The position numbers and the translations under genes are program-made. Shown here piece after piece: positions 8,741 through 17,699 of a stretch of DNA of 64,000 nt. The notes beneath the pieces are model-generated. The model saw only the letters and a program-made list of their open reading frames with translations. It made no database searches and was not told where the DNA came from. Origin of the DNA: a bacterium (lineage in GTDB: Bacteria; UBA8248); NCBI GenBank assembly GCA_965203325.1, contig OZ241875.1:1312001-1376000 (forward strand), read 5' to 3'. Numbering within the stretch: position 1 is the first letter of the stretch; the number at the start of each line of letters is the position of its first letter.

Positions 8741-10237
8741 ATGGTCACCGAACCCACACGGAAACCAGGACGCGGAAAAGCCGTATCGTGGCTCAGGAAA
8801 AACCGCGTCGTCCGCTCGATCTTCCGCCGCGGTTATCCGGACAACGATCTGGATCGCGCGGCCGTCATGTTCTCGAATTTCTTCCTGCACGTCCTTCCCG
8901 CGCGAACGCACGTTCACAGCCTGAAACCCACCTACACCTGGGGGCTCGGGATCATCTCCCTGTTCTTGTTCATCATTCTTCTGGGCACCGGCTCCTTACT
9001 CATGTTCTTCTACGTCCCCTCGACCGAGCGCGCCTACAGCGACATGAAGGACCTGCAATTCGTTGTCTCCTACGGTGTCGTCCTGCGGAACCTCCACCGC
9101 TGGGCTGCGCACGCGATGGTCGCCGTCGTCTTTTTACACATGTGCCGCGTGTTCTATACGGCAAGTTATAAAGCGCCGCGTGAGTTCAACTGGGTCATCG
9201 GGGTGCTCCTCTGGGGGGCGACCCTGATGATGAGCTTCACGGGCTACCTCCTCCCCTGGGATCAACTCGCCTATTGGGCCATCACCGTCGGGTCGAGCAT
9301 CGCCAGCTATCCGCCCCTGGTAGGAGAGCACATCCGCACGCTGATGCTCGGCGGCGATACGGTGGGGCAGAACGCGCTGATCCGGTTCTACGTCATGCAC
9401 GTCATCGTCCTGCCGGGGATCATGATGATTCTCATGGGCGTCCATTTCTGGCGGATACGCAAGGACGGCGGCCTCTCCCGGCCGCCCACGCCGCCCTCCG
9501 AGGCCGCCCGGGGCGAGGCAGCGGCTTTTTCGCCGCACAAGACGTACATGCTCGTGGAACTCGCCGAGGGCAAGACGCCCATGGTGGATGCGCAGGCCCC
9601 CGAAGAAGAGGTCATGAGCTGGCCGCACACGGTCTTCCGGATGCTGGTCGTCTTCGTGGGCGTCGTGGCCGTCCTCTCCGCCGTCGCCTACTTCTTCGAT
9701 GCGCCTTTGGAGGAGCTGGCCAACCCGGACCATCCGCCCAACCCGGCCAAGGCGCCCTGGTATTTTCTCGGGCTTCAGGAAATCGTGAGCTATTCCGCCC
9801 TGGCGGGGGGCGTCATCGTTCCCGCCGCCGCGATCATCGGCCTCATGACCATTCCCTACGTCGACCGGGACCCCGAGGGCCAGGGAACCTGGTTCACCTC
9901 GGGCCAGGGCCACCGGATCACGCTCTGGTCGGTCGTGGCGGTCATCCCGGTCGTCCTCGTCCTGACCTGGCTGAACGAGCACTACGCCGTGCGGATACTG
10001 GTTCCGGGCGCCTCGCAGATCTGGGTCGACCTCCTGAATCCGGGGACCATACTGATCGTCCTCTTCGCCGCCGGGTCGCTCTACATCTGGCGGCGGACGG
10101 GGTCGAGCCGGATGGGGGCGTTGGCCCTGTATTCTTATTTTCTGACGTCTTATCTGATTTACACGTTCATCGGGCTGTATTTCCGGGGCGCCAACTGGGC
10201 CTGGATATGGCCGTGGCAGGCGACGGGCCTGCACTGA
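8741..10237 (+). CDS. Cytochrome b (b6-like N-terminal half fused to subunit IV-like half)
   Basis: HRWAAH..LH and MH..VH heme ligand pairs; [26 protein letters not shown] (PEWY equivalent); extra C-terminal TM helices. Confidence 0.9.
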   Translation: MVTEPTRKPGRGKAVSWLRKNRVVRSIFRRGYPDNDLDRAAVMFSNFFLHVLPARTHVHSLKPTYTWGLGIISLFLFIILLGTGSLLMFFYVPSTERAYSDMKDLQFVVSYGVVLRNLHRWAAHAMVAVVFLHMCRVFYTASYKAPREFNWVIGVLLWGATLMMSFTGYLLPWDQLAYWAITVGSSIASYPPLVGEHIRTLMLGGDTVGQNALIRFYVMHVIVLPGIMMILMGVHFWRIRKDGGLSRPPTPPSEAARGEAAAFSPHKTYMLVELAEGKTPMVDAQAPEEEVMSWPHTVFRMLVVFVGVVAVLSAVAYFFDAPLEELANPDHPPNPAKAPWYFLGLQEIVSYSALAGGVIVPAAAIIGLMTIPYVDRDPEGQGTWFTSGQGHRITLWSVVAVIPVVLVLTWLNEHYAVRILVPGASQIWVDLLNPGTILIVLFAAGSLYIWRRTGSSRMGALALYSYFLTSYLIYTFIGLYFRGANWAWIWPWQATGLH

Positions 10238-10249
10238 GGCGGATGACGA

Positions 10250-11065
10250 ATGGCGAATTCCAATCACAACGATTCCCATGTGCCGTTCGGGTGGGTGGTC
10301 GCCTTCGCCGTCCTGAGCGTATGCGCGGCGTTGTTTTTTCTGCTGTCCGTCTGGAAGGATTACGACCGCGAATGGCGGGGATACCAGCGGACGTTCCGTG
10401 AGATGCTCGTCGAAAGAGCCGGAACCGAAGAGGAGCGCAAGGCCGCTCTGGCGGGCGGGGATCAGTTCGAGCAAATCATCGTGGCCGGCGGCGAGCGTGT
10501 GGACAGGTGCGTCATGTGCCACCGCGGCGTCGAGCACCCGGCGTTCAAGGACGCCGACCAGCCTTTCGCCAGGCATCCCACCATCCCGCCGCACCCCTTC
10601 GAGCGGTTCGGCTGCACCGTGTGCCACCAGGGCCAGGGCCGGGCGACGAGCGTCCAGGACGCCCACGGCGAAGTCGCGTTCTGGGAGGAGCCGCTGCTGC
10701 GGGGAGGGTTTATCCAGGCCAGTTGCGGCCCTTGCCACGCTGGGGCTCTCAAAGACGCCCCCCTCATCCAGAGGGGCAAGCTGCTTTATCTGATGAACGG
10801 CTGCCTCGCCTGCCACAAGATCAGGGGCGCCGGCGGGGTCGTCGGGCCCGACCTGACCTTCGCAGGCGAGCGCAAGAAGGACCCGAAGTGGCACATCGAG
10901 CACTTCAAGTTCCCGCAAAAGGTTTCGCCCGGCTCCGCCATGCCCGCCTACGGCCATTTGAAGCCTGAGGATCTCGAAGCGCTGACGGTCTACATGCTGA
11001 GCCTCCGCAGGGCGCCTTCCGCCCTGGCGCTGGCCGCGCCCAGGCCCGCCGCCGGGAAGAAATAG
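10250..11065 (+). CDS. Membrane-anchored tetraheme cytochrome c
   Basis: N-terminal TM helix; CVMCH, CTVCH, CGPCH, CLACH; C-terminal domain with GPDL and SAMP motifs. Confidence 0.88.
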   Translation: MANSNHNDSHVPFGWVVAFAVLSVCAALFFLLSVWKDYDREWRGYQRTFREMLVERAGTEEERKAALAGGDQFEQIIVAGGERVDRCVMCHRGVEHPAFKDADQPFARHPTIPPHPFERFGCTVCHQGQGRATSVQDAHGEVAFWEEPLLRGGFIQASCGPCHAGALKDAPLIQRGKLLYLMNGCLACHKIRGAGGVVGPDLTFAGERKKDPKWHIEHFKFPQKVSPGSAMPAYGHLKPEDLEALTVYMLSLRRAPSALALAAPRPAAGKK

Positions 11066-11068
11066 CCT

Positions 11069-11096
11069 GCAGGGACAGGTCGCGACCTGTCCCTGC
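11069..11096. repeat. Perfect 28-bp REP-like palindrome, possible operon terminator
   Basis: GCAGGGACAGGTCGCGACCTGTCCCTGC starts 4 nt after the last operon stop codon; near-identical copy at 18787. Confidence 0.8.
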
Positions 11097-11170
11097 CTTC
11101 AGCGCAAAGGCCCTCCCGCATTGCCCAGAGAGAGGCTGCGCGCCAGTTCCGCCTCCCCTCCTCCGAACGC

Positions 11171-11464
11171 CTACTCCTCCGGCTCGTCATAGGAGATGAA
11201 CGTGATGTCCACCGCCTCGTTGCGGCCGGGGATCAGGGCCTGGTAGCCGTCCGAGTAATACCATTTCTCCACCGCCTCCTGATCGGGGAACTTGAGGAGG
11301 ACGAACATTTGCCTGTCGTGCTCGCCGGTGAGGACTTTTACGAGTTGTCCGCTCGCCGCCACCTCGCCGCCGACGGATGCGACGATTGCGAGCCCCTGCT
11401 CGGCGTAGCTGTTGAAGCCTTCTTCGTCCTTGACGGTGATGTGTCCGACCACGTATGCGCCCAT
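11171..11464 (-). CDS. DUF1330 family protein
   Basis: 97 aa; AYVV..ITV, GGEV, LKFPD..AVEKWYYSDGYQAL pattern typical of the family. Confidence 0.8.
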   Translation of the reverse strand: MGAYVVGHITVKDEEGFNSYAEQGLAIVASVGGEVAASGQLVKVLTGEHDRQMFVLLKFPDQEAVEKWYYSDGYQALIPGRNEAVDITFISYDEPEE

Positions 11465-11698
11465 GTCCGCTCCTTTCGCAAATGGGGCCGCCCGCCCGGC
11501 GGCAAATGAATTCAGGGTTTCACGCCGCAGAGGTCGCGGCGTCTCTCATGCCTCCTCGCCAACCGGCCTTCGCCGGGCCTGCAGGTGAAACATCATGTAT
11601 CCCTCGGGATATCCCAAGGTTTCATAAATGGCCTTCGGGATCAACGCCGCCCGTGCGGCGCGGGGTCAAACCCGACACGAAGGAAGGTTTGCCGAGCC

Positions 11699-11726
11699 GT
11701 AGGGGCCGTTCGCGAACGGCCCCTGC
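11699..11726. repeat. GTAG-type REP palindrome
   Basis: GTAGGGGCCGTTCGCGAACGGCCCCTGC. Confidence 0.75.
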
Positions 11727-11968
11727 AACGGAGACGCGAATTACCGTCATTCCGGGCATGCGTGAAAGACGAGCGCGGCGCACGGCACCCCCTCCCCTTT
11801 TTCCGGGACTGGCCGCCGGGTCTCTTTTCGGCTAGTATGAAGCCATACACAACGAGTCGAGCAAGCCACCGCCCATGGTTGGTTTATACGCGCACCAGCG
11901 CAAGAGGGTTTCATACAGGTCCGCCTGTTTGTCTTTTTCGTTTCTGATTTTGTGGGGGAAATCCGGTC

Positions 11969-12484
11969 ATGAAAAAACGAGACGTATTCATTAGCCTGGC
12001 TGTCCTGATGATGGCCGGCGCACTCATCGCCGGCTGCGCGGGCGAGGGGATGATGGACAAGAAGATGATGGGCAAGAAAAAGATGATGAAAGGCGGCGAG
12101 GACCCCGCCGTCACCGCGCGCAAGAAGCTCATGCGCGGCATCGGCGCCGACATGAAGCGTCTCAGAACCGCGATGAAACAAGGCAGCGGCTGGGTGGTCG
12201 AGGAGCAGGTGCGCCAGGCCGCAGGCAACATGTACAAGAAGGCGAGCAAGATCAAAAAGGCGTTCAAGAAGAACACCCTGGCGGGCAAGACGACATCCGT
12301 CGCCGCCATCTGGAAAGACAAGCGGAAATTCGCTCTCATCGCGGACGGCCTGGCCGCGAACGCCGCCGCCCTGGCGCAGATCCACTACAAGGGCGGTCCG
12401 GCAGCCATCAAGAAGGCGGTGGGCCTCATCGGCAGGCAATGCGGCGCATGCCACAAGTCGTTCCGAAAAAAGAAGAAAAGATAG
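11969..12484 (+). CDS. Class II cytochrome c (cytochrome c prime-like), probable lipoprotein
   Basis: Lipobox LIAGC; RKKLM and AIW..F helical bundle motifs; C-terminal CGACH. Confidence 0.8.
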   Translation: MKKRDVFISLAVLMMAGALIAGCAGEGMMDKKMMGKKKMMKGGEDPAVTARKKLMRGIGADMKRLRTAMKQGSGWVVEEQVRQAAGNMYKKASKIKKAFKKNTLAGKTTSVAAIWKDKRKFALIADGLAANAAALAQIHYKGGPAAIKKAVGLIGRQCGACHKSFRKKKKR

Positions 12485-12505
12485 CGACGCTCAAGAGAAA
12501 GAGAG

Positions 12506-12540
12506 AAGCCCCGGCGCGCGCCGCCGGGGTTTTCTTATTT
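12506..12540 (+). terminator. Rho-independent terminator
   Basis: CCCCGGCG-cgcgc-CGCCGGGG stem followed by TTTTCTTATTT, just after the cytochrome c prime gene. Confidence 0.75.
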
Positions 12541-12641
12541 TGGAATGGCAATGATTATCCCGTCCGTGTGGTTGTCCCTACGGGGCGGCGCCTCCCCAGT
12601 CGGTTTGATTGCCCTCTCAGCTGCATGAAAAGCAACCCCCC

Positions 12642-15600
12642 CTACCCCCCTCCACCGATCGATTCATTCCTCATCCGGCTTTTCACCTCGCCGAGGGGGC
12701 CGCTGTCGACCGCGAGGCCGTCGCGGTAGAGGATGACCTCGCGGGACCTGGCCGAAATCTTGGGTCCCGGCGAGATGACGCCCGTCAAATTCATCGGGTC
12801 GCTCGCATGGACGATGGTGGGTTTCCCCCGCGCCGGAATCCGCCGCACGGCGCGAAGCGCCTCCACCGCTTCGGGCAGGGCGAACTGCTCGCCGGTGAAG
12901 CCCGAGACGAAGCGTCCGCCCCGAATCTCGCCCCTGGCTTCCAGGCGCCTGAATTCCCGCACCAGTTCGCGCCAGCGCGGAGCGCCGGCCTCGCGAACGG
13001 CCAGCTCGCGCAGCACGACGCCGTAGCGTTTGAGCAACTGCCGCGCATGGGCCTCGCGCCCCGCTTCCGCGTCGAGCGGTGCGTCCACACTCCCCCAGAG
13101 CGACCAGCGGCCCACGGGCATGAAGCGTTTTTTCGCCTCGCGCGATATGGCCCGTCCGCCCGGCAGGGCGCGCAGCCTGCGCTCGCCTTTTTTCTTCTCG
13201 TTCGCGCCCGCTATCAGCGCCCGCAGGCCCGCCACGCCGTCGCCCGTCACCAGACCGCGCGCGACGAGTTCCCAGAGCGCTTCCTCGGCCTCGGTGCGCA
13301 GCCTGCCCGTCGCCGCCGTGATGTCGGCGAGGAAAGACGCTCCCTTATCCTTCAAAAAATCGAGTATCTCGCATGCCGCGCGGGAGAGATTCCCCCGCCA
13401 GGCGTCTTCGGCTTCTTTTGGTTTCAGGAAAATATCCAGATCCTCTCTCATCAGGAAGGCCAGGAGCGCCCGCCGCGTGGGCGCAGCACTCTGGAGCGTT
13501 CTGGCGCGTTTCCCGTTCATCGCGTCGCCTTCCGGCTCGGGCGGCGCGCCCGGGCGCAGGCGACCCCACGCGACCAGGCCCGAGAGGCAAAGCGCTTCCA
13601 GGTCATCCGGGTCGTAGTTCTTGATGCGCGCGGGCAGAATCTGCTCCTCCCAGGCGGGCGCGGGGAGTTCGAGTCCTTGAAGCTGGCGGACCACTTCCAA
13701 CACGCCGTCGCGCCCGTGGAGCATGGCGTCCTCGTGCACGTGCTGCCACCTCAGCAGATAGCGGACGAATTCCGCAGCCGTCACGGGTTCTATCTCGCGC
13801 CTCAGCTTGCCGAGCGTCATCCGGTGGATGCGGGCGAGCAATACGCGGTCGCACCACTCGGTTTCGGCTTCCGGCGAGAGATTGACGAATCGGCCCCGCA
13901 GCACCGCTCCCTCTCCCTCCAGGGCGGCCAGGGCGATCTCGATATCCGACCGCGCGAGACCGACGCGCGAGGCGAGTTCGCCCGACGTTACGGGGCCGGA
14001 CGCTTCCATCCAGCCCCGGACGATGGCGAGGGCCGCCTCATCCTGCGCGGGCGGTTTCGCCTCATCCCCCTGAAAGGATATTTCGCTCGGGTTCAGACTG
14101 ATTCCCGGAATCGCCGCACGCATCAGCGCCATCCGCTCCGCCGGAACCCAGCCTTCCCGTTCGACACCATCCACCTGCCACTGCCCTTTCGCCAGCCGGT
14201 TGTGAACGAGCAACTCATCCACCCAGGCGGACCATTCACCGGCTTCCTCGGTCGGCAGAACGCATAAAGAAAGCAGCGCGTCGTGCAGCTCATCCGCGTC
14301 GCGCGGAGCTGGCCAGGCCTGCTCGCACACCTCCTCGATGACGTCCGGATCGAGCCGGGCGCCTTCGGCGTCATCGGGCAGGGTTCTTCGTAGCGGCACC
14401 GCGCGCGAGCGGCGCTCCTCCAGCGGGGCGTCGTCGATGAAGGCGTAGGGGTTCGCGTTCAGTATCTCGTGCGACATCGGCGAGGGCGCGGGCGTCTCGA
14501 CGCCATAAGTCTTGATCTTCCCGCTCTCCACGTCGGCGATGAGCGTCCTCAAGCTCTCGATATCCATCGCTTCGCTCAGGCAGTTCTCCACCGTCTCGTT
14601 CACGAGGGGGTGGTCGGGCGGCTCGATGGGGCCGTGGTGGTTGTCCTGACACGCAAGCTGGGCCGGGAAGACGGCGGCGAGCAAATCCTCGGCCCGCATG
14701 CGCTGGATCGCGACGGGCACCTTCTTGCCCCCGCTGTGCCTGGGGAGTGCCAAGGCGCGCGTGGCGTTCCAGCGCCACCGGTTGGTGAACATGGGCGACT
14801 GGAGCGCGGACTGGAGCATGTCCTTTTTGAGAGACGCCAGGCGCGCGAAGCCGAAGATCGATTCGAGCGGAAAGCTATGCTGCGAGGAGAGCGAGAGCAC
14901 GATGCCGTCGTCCGTCGCGGCGGCCTGGAGCTCGAAATCGAAGGTGAGGCAAAAGCGTTTTCTCAGCGTATGGCCCCAAGCGCGGTTGATGCGGCCTCCG
15001 AAGGGCGAGTGAATGACGAGCTGCATGCCACCCGCTTCGTCGAAGAACCGCTCCGCGATTATCTCTTCCTGCGTGGGGACGCGCCCCAGCATCCGAACGG
15101 TCTCGCGGACGTAATCCAGAAGCTGCGACGCGCCCGAGGCGCAAAGCCCGCATTCGGCGCGCATCCAGCGGATCGCTTCAGGAGGCTCCACGAGACGCCC
15201 CGCCAGTTCGGCTCTCAGCGCCGAGACGGCTTCCGAGAGTTCCGCCGTGCGCGAGGGCGCCTCGCCCAGCCAGAAGGGGATGTTCGGCGGAAGGCCTTCG
15301 GCGTCTTCCACACGCACCTTGTCGCGCTCCACGCGCTTCACGCGCCAGGAGTGGTTGCCGAGCAGGAAGATGTCGCCCGCGTTCGACTCGATCGCGAAAT
15401 CCTCGTTCACCTTGCCCACGAAGGTCTCCGCCGCTCCTTCGACCACGTCGTAATCCGCCGTGTCGGGAATCGCACCGCCCGACGTGATGGCGCAAAGCCG
15501 CGCGCCGCGCCGTGGTCTCAAGAGAGCGTTCACCCGGTCCCTGTGCAGATAGGCGGTGCGCCTGCCCCGGCTGGTCGAGATGCCCTCGGTGAGCATCTCG

Positions 15601-16967
15601 AGCACGTCCTCGAAAACGCTCCGCTCAAGCTCCCCGTATGGCTGCGCGCGCCTGACGAGCGACCAGAGCGCCTCCTCCCCGACTTCTTCTTGCGCGGCGA
15701 CCTCGGCCACCATCTGCTGGGCGAGGATGTCGAGCGGCGCTTCGGGGAAAATGACGCGGTCGAGCGCGCCCCCTCGCACCGAGCGGATCGCGGCAGCGCT
15801 CTGCAGGAGTTCGTCCCGCGTCATGGGGAAGACGATTCCCTTAGGGATAGCGCCCTTCCAGTGGCCAGAGCGCCCCACGCGCTGGAGCAAGGAGGCGAGC
15901 GTTCTCGGCGCGCCCAGGTGGCAGACGAGGTCGACGTGGCCGATGTCGATGCCGAGTTCCAGGGACGCCGTGGCGACGATGGCCGAGAGCGCGCCCGATT
16001 TCAGCCGCTCTTCGGCGTCGAGCCTGATCTTGCGTGACAGGGAGCCGTGGTGCGCGGCCACGCGGCCCTCGCCGAGTCTCTCCGTGAGCCGGTGGGCGAC
16101 GCGCTCCGCAAGGCGCCGCGTGTGGACAAACACGATGGTCGTGCGGTGGCTTTCGATGTGGGCAGCGATGCGGTCGAACACCTCGGCCCAGTACTCGTGC
16201 GAGGCGATGGGGCCGATATCCTGATCGGCCACCTCTATGGACAACGCCATCTCTCTCTTGTGGCCCACGTCCACGATCGCGCAATCGGGAGAGTCGTCTT
16301 CACTAGTCCTTTCCGCGCCAATGAGCAGGCGCGCTATCTCATCGATCGGTTTTTGCGTGGCGCTGAGCCCGATGCGCTGGAGCCGCGTGCCGCATAGCGC
16401 GTCCAGCCGCTCCAGTGAAATCGCGAGGTGCGCGCCGCGCTTGTCCCCCGCGACCGCGTGTATCTCGTCCACGATGACGGCGCGCGCGGTCTCCAATACT
16501 TTACGGCTGCGCTCTGCCGTCAGGAGAATGTAGAGCGACTCGGGCGTGGTGATGAGGATGTGGGGGCGTTTTTTGAGCATGAGCCTGCGCTCGCGCGCGG
16601 GCGTGTCGCCCGAGCGCACCGCCACGCGAATCTCGGGCAATTCCACCCCCTCTTTCTTCGCGAGGGCGCGAATTTCGCTCAAGGGCTCCTGCAGGTTCTT
16701 CTGGATGTCGTTGCCGAGCGCCTTCAAGGGAGAGATGTAGACGAGGCGGCATTCGTCATCGAGTGCGCCCGCGAGCGCGTCGCGGATCAGGCCGTCGAGC
16801 GACCACAGGAAGGCGGCCAGCGTCTTGCCCGTGCCCGTGGGCGCCGCGATAAGCGTGTCGCGTCCGGTGGCGATCTCGGGCCAGCCGGCATCCTGCGGAG
16901 CGCTCGGCTCCCCGAATTTCTCAGCGAACCAGCGCGCGATCAGCGGATGAAAGGAGTGTCTGTCCAT
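12642..16967 (-). CDS. lhr: Long Lhr-family SF2 DEAD/H helicase
   Basis: APTGTGKT, YISPLKAL, DEIH, SAT, HHGSLS, SLELGID, QRVGRSGH; 1441 aa with winged-helix-type C-terminal region. Confidence 0.9.
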   Translation of the reverse strand: MDRHSFHPLIARWFAEKFGEPSAPQDAGWPEIATGRDTLIAAPTGTGKTLAAFLWSLDGLIRDALAGALDDECRLVYISPLKALGNDIQKNLQEPLSEIRALAKKEGVELPEIRVAVRSGDTPARERRLMLKKRPHILITTPESLYILLTAERSRKVLETARAVIVDEIHAVAGDKRGAHLAISLERLDALCGTRLQRIGLSATQKPIDEIARLLIGAERTSEDDSPDCAIVDVGHKREMALSIEVADQDIGPIASHEYWAEVFDRIAAHIESHRTTIVFVHTRRLAERVAHRLTERLGEGRVAAHHGSLSRKIRLDAEERLKSGALSAIVATASLELGIDIGHVDLVCHLGAPRTLASLLQRVGRSGHWKGAIPKGIVFPMTRDELLQSAAAIRSVRGGALDRVIFPEAPLDILAQQMVAEVAAQEEVGEEALWSLVRRAQPYGELERSVFEDVLEMLTEGISTSRGRRTAYLHRDRVNALLRPRRGARLCAITSGGAIPDTADYDVVEGAAETFVGKVNEDFAIESNAGDIFLLGNHSWRVKRVERDKVRVEDAEGLPPNIPFWLGEAPSRTAELSEAVSALRAELAGRLVEPPEAIRWMRAECGLCASGASQLLDYVRETVRMLGRVPTQEEIIAERFFDEAGGMQLVIHSPFGGRINRAWGHTLRKRFCLTFDFELQAAATDDGIVLSLSSQHSFPLESIFGFARLASLKKDMLQSALQSPMFTNRWRWNATRALALPRHSGGKKVPVAIQRMRAEDLLAAVFPAQLACQDNHHGPIEPPDHPLVNETVENCLSEAMDIESLRTLIADVESGKIKTYGVETPAPSPMSHEILNANPYAFIDDAPLEERRSRAVPLRRTLPDDAEGARLDPDVIEEVCEQAWPAPRDADELHDALLSLCVLPTEEAGEWSAWVDELLVHNRLAKGQWQVDGVEREGWVPAERMALMRAAIPGISLNPSEISFQGDEAKPPAQDEAALAIVRGWMEASGPVTSGELASRVGLARSDIEIALAALEGEGAVLRGRFVNLSPEAETEWCDRVLLARIHRMTLGKLRREIEPVTAAEFVRYLLRWQHVHEDAMLHGRDGVLEVVRQLQGLELPAPAWEEQILPARIKNYDPDDLEALCLSGLVAWGRLRPGAPPEPEGDAMNGKRARTLQSAAPTRRALLAFLMREDLDIFLKPKEAEDAWRGNLSRAACEILDFLKDKGASFLADITAATGRLRTEAEEALWELVARGLVTGDGVAGLRALIAGANEKKKGERRLRALPGGRAISREAKKRFMPVGRWSLWGSVDAPLDAEAGREAHARQLLKRYGVVLRELAVREAGAPRWRELVREFRRLEARGEIRGGRFVSGFTGEQFALPEAVEALRAVRRIPARGKPTIVHASDPMNLTGVISPGPKISARSREVILYRDGLAVDSGPLGEVKSRMRNESIGGGG

Positions 16968-16970
16968 AGC

Positions 16971-16996
16971 GGGGGTATTCTACCCCAAACGGGGCG
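16971..16996. repeat. 26-bp direct repeat, copy 1 (contains the minus-strand TAGAAT -10 box of lhr)
   Basis: GGGGGTATTCTACCCCAAACGGGGCG; 23/26 identical to 18719-18744. Confidence 0.65.
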
Positions 16997-17133
16997 CGAT
17001 GGAAGGGGGGTCTAAAAGAGGCGATTGTGGCACTACGTGTGAAGAATTACAGCGAGGGTTAAGTGAGTAGCACACTCAAAGAAACCTAAGCTATGCTCAA
17101 CGGGACCATAATCCCAATTGGAGATACTAGGTA

Positions 17134-17634
17134 ATGTCGCATCTGGAATTATTAATTGCTGAATACCTTGAGTGGGACGGCTTCATCGTTCGCAAAAATA
17201 TAAAAGTTGGAAGGCTGGACCGCGGCGGTTGGGCGGGAGAACTCGATATCGTCGGCTTTCATCCGCAAACCAATCGTCTTGTGCATTATGAACCATCCCT
17301 TGATGCGTTGAGTTGGTCGAAGCGAGAGAGCAAGTTCGACAAAAAATTCAAGGCGGGTCGAAAATATATTTTCAAGGACATCTTTCCTTGGTTGTCAAAG
17401 GCTCACCTGAAATTAGAGCAATTCGTAGTCCTGCCAAACCATCCAATGGGTCGGGATACTCTCTCAGGTGGAGTTTTAATTTCAGTCGATGAACTCATGG
17501 CAGAGATACGTGCAAAAGTAGCTGAATGCGGCCCGATGGTGACAAACGCTATACCAGAAAATTTTTCACTATTAAGAACCATTCAAATGTCGGAATTTGG
17601 TTACCACAAGAGAAAGTTCATGAATAATTCGTAG
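17134..17634 (+). CDS. Putative PD-(D/E)XK restriction-endonuclease-like protein
   Basis: E..L...GF..RKNI...GELDIVG...LVHYE pattern; GGAG RBS; visibly AT-richer than flanks. Confidence 0.6.
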   Translation: MSHLELLIAEYLEWDGFIVRKNIKVGRLDRGGWAGELDIVGFHPQTNRLVHYEPSLDALSWSKRESKFDKKFKAGRKYIFKDIFPWLSKAHLKLEQFVVLPNHPMGRDTLSGGVLISVDELMAEIRAKVAECGPMVTNAIPENFSLLRTIQMSEFGYHKRKFMNNS

Positions 17635-17699
17635 TGTCAATCATTCCCGAACCAAAAAGCGTCTGGCAACGATGGGTCAGGTTCCAAACTTCCTAATTC

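Noticed and set aside
11465..11968. Structured ncRNA or riboswitch in the 500-bp intergenic region
   Set aside because: The hairpins are explained by REP-like elements; I recognised no riboswitch or tRNA consensus.
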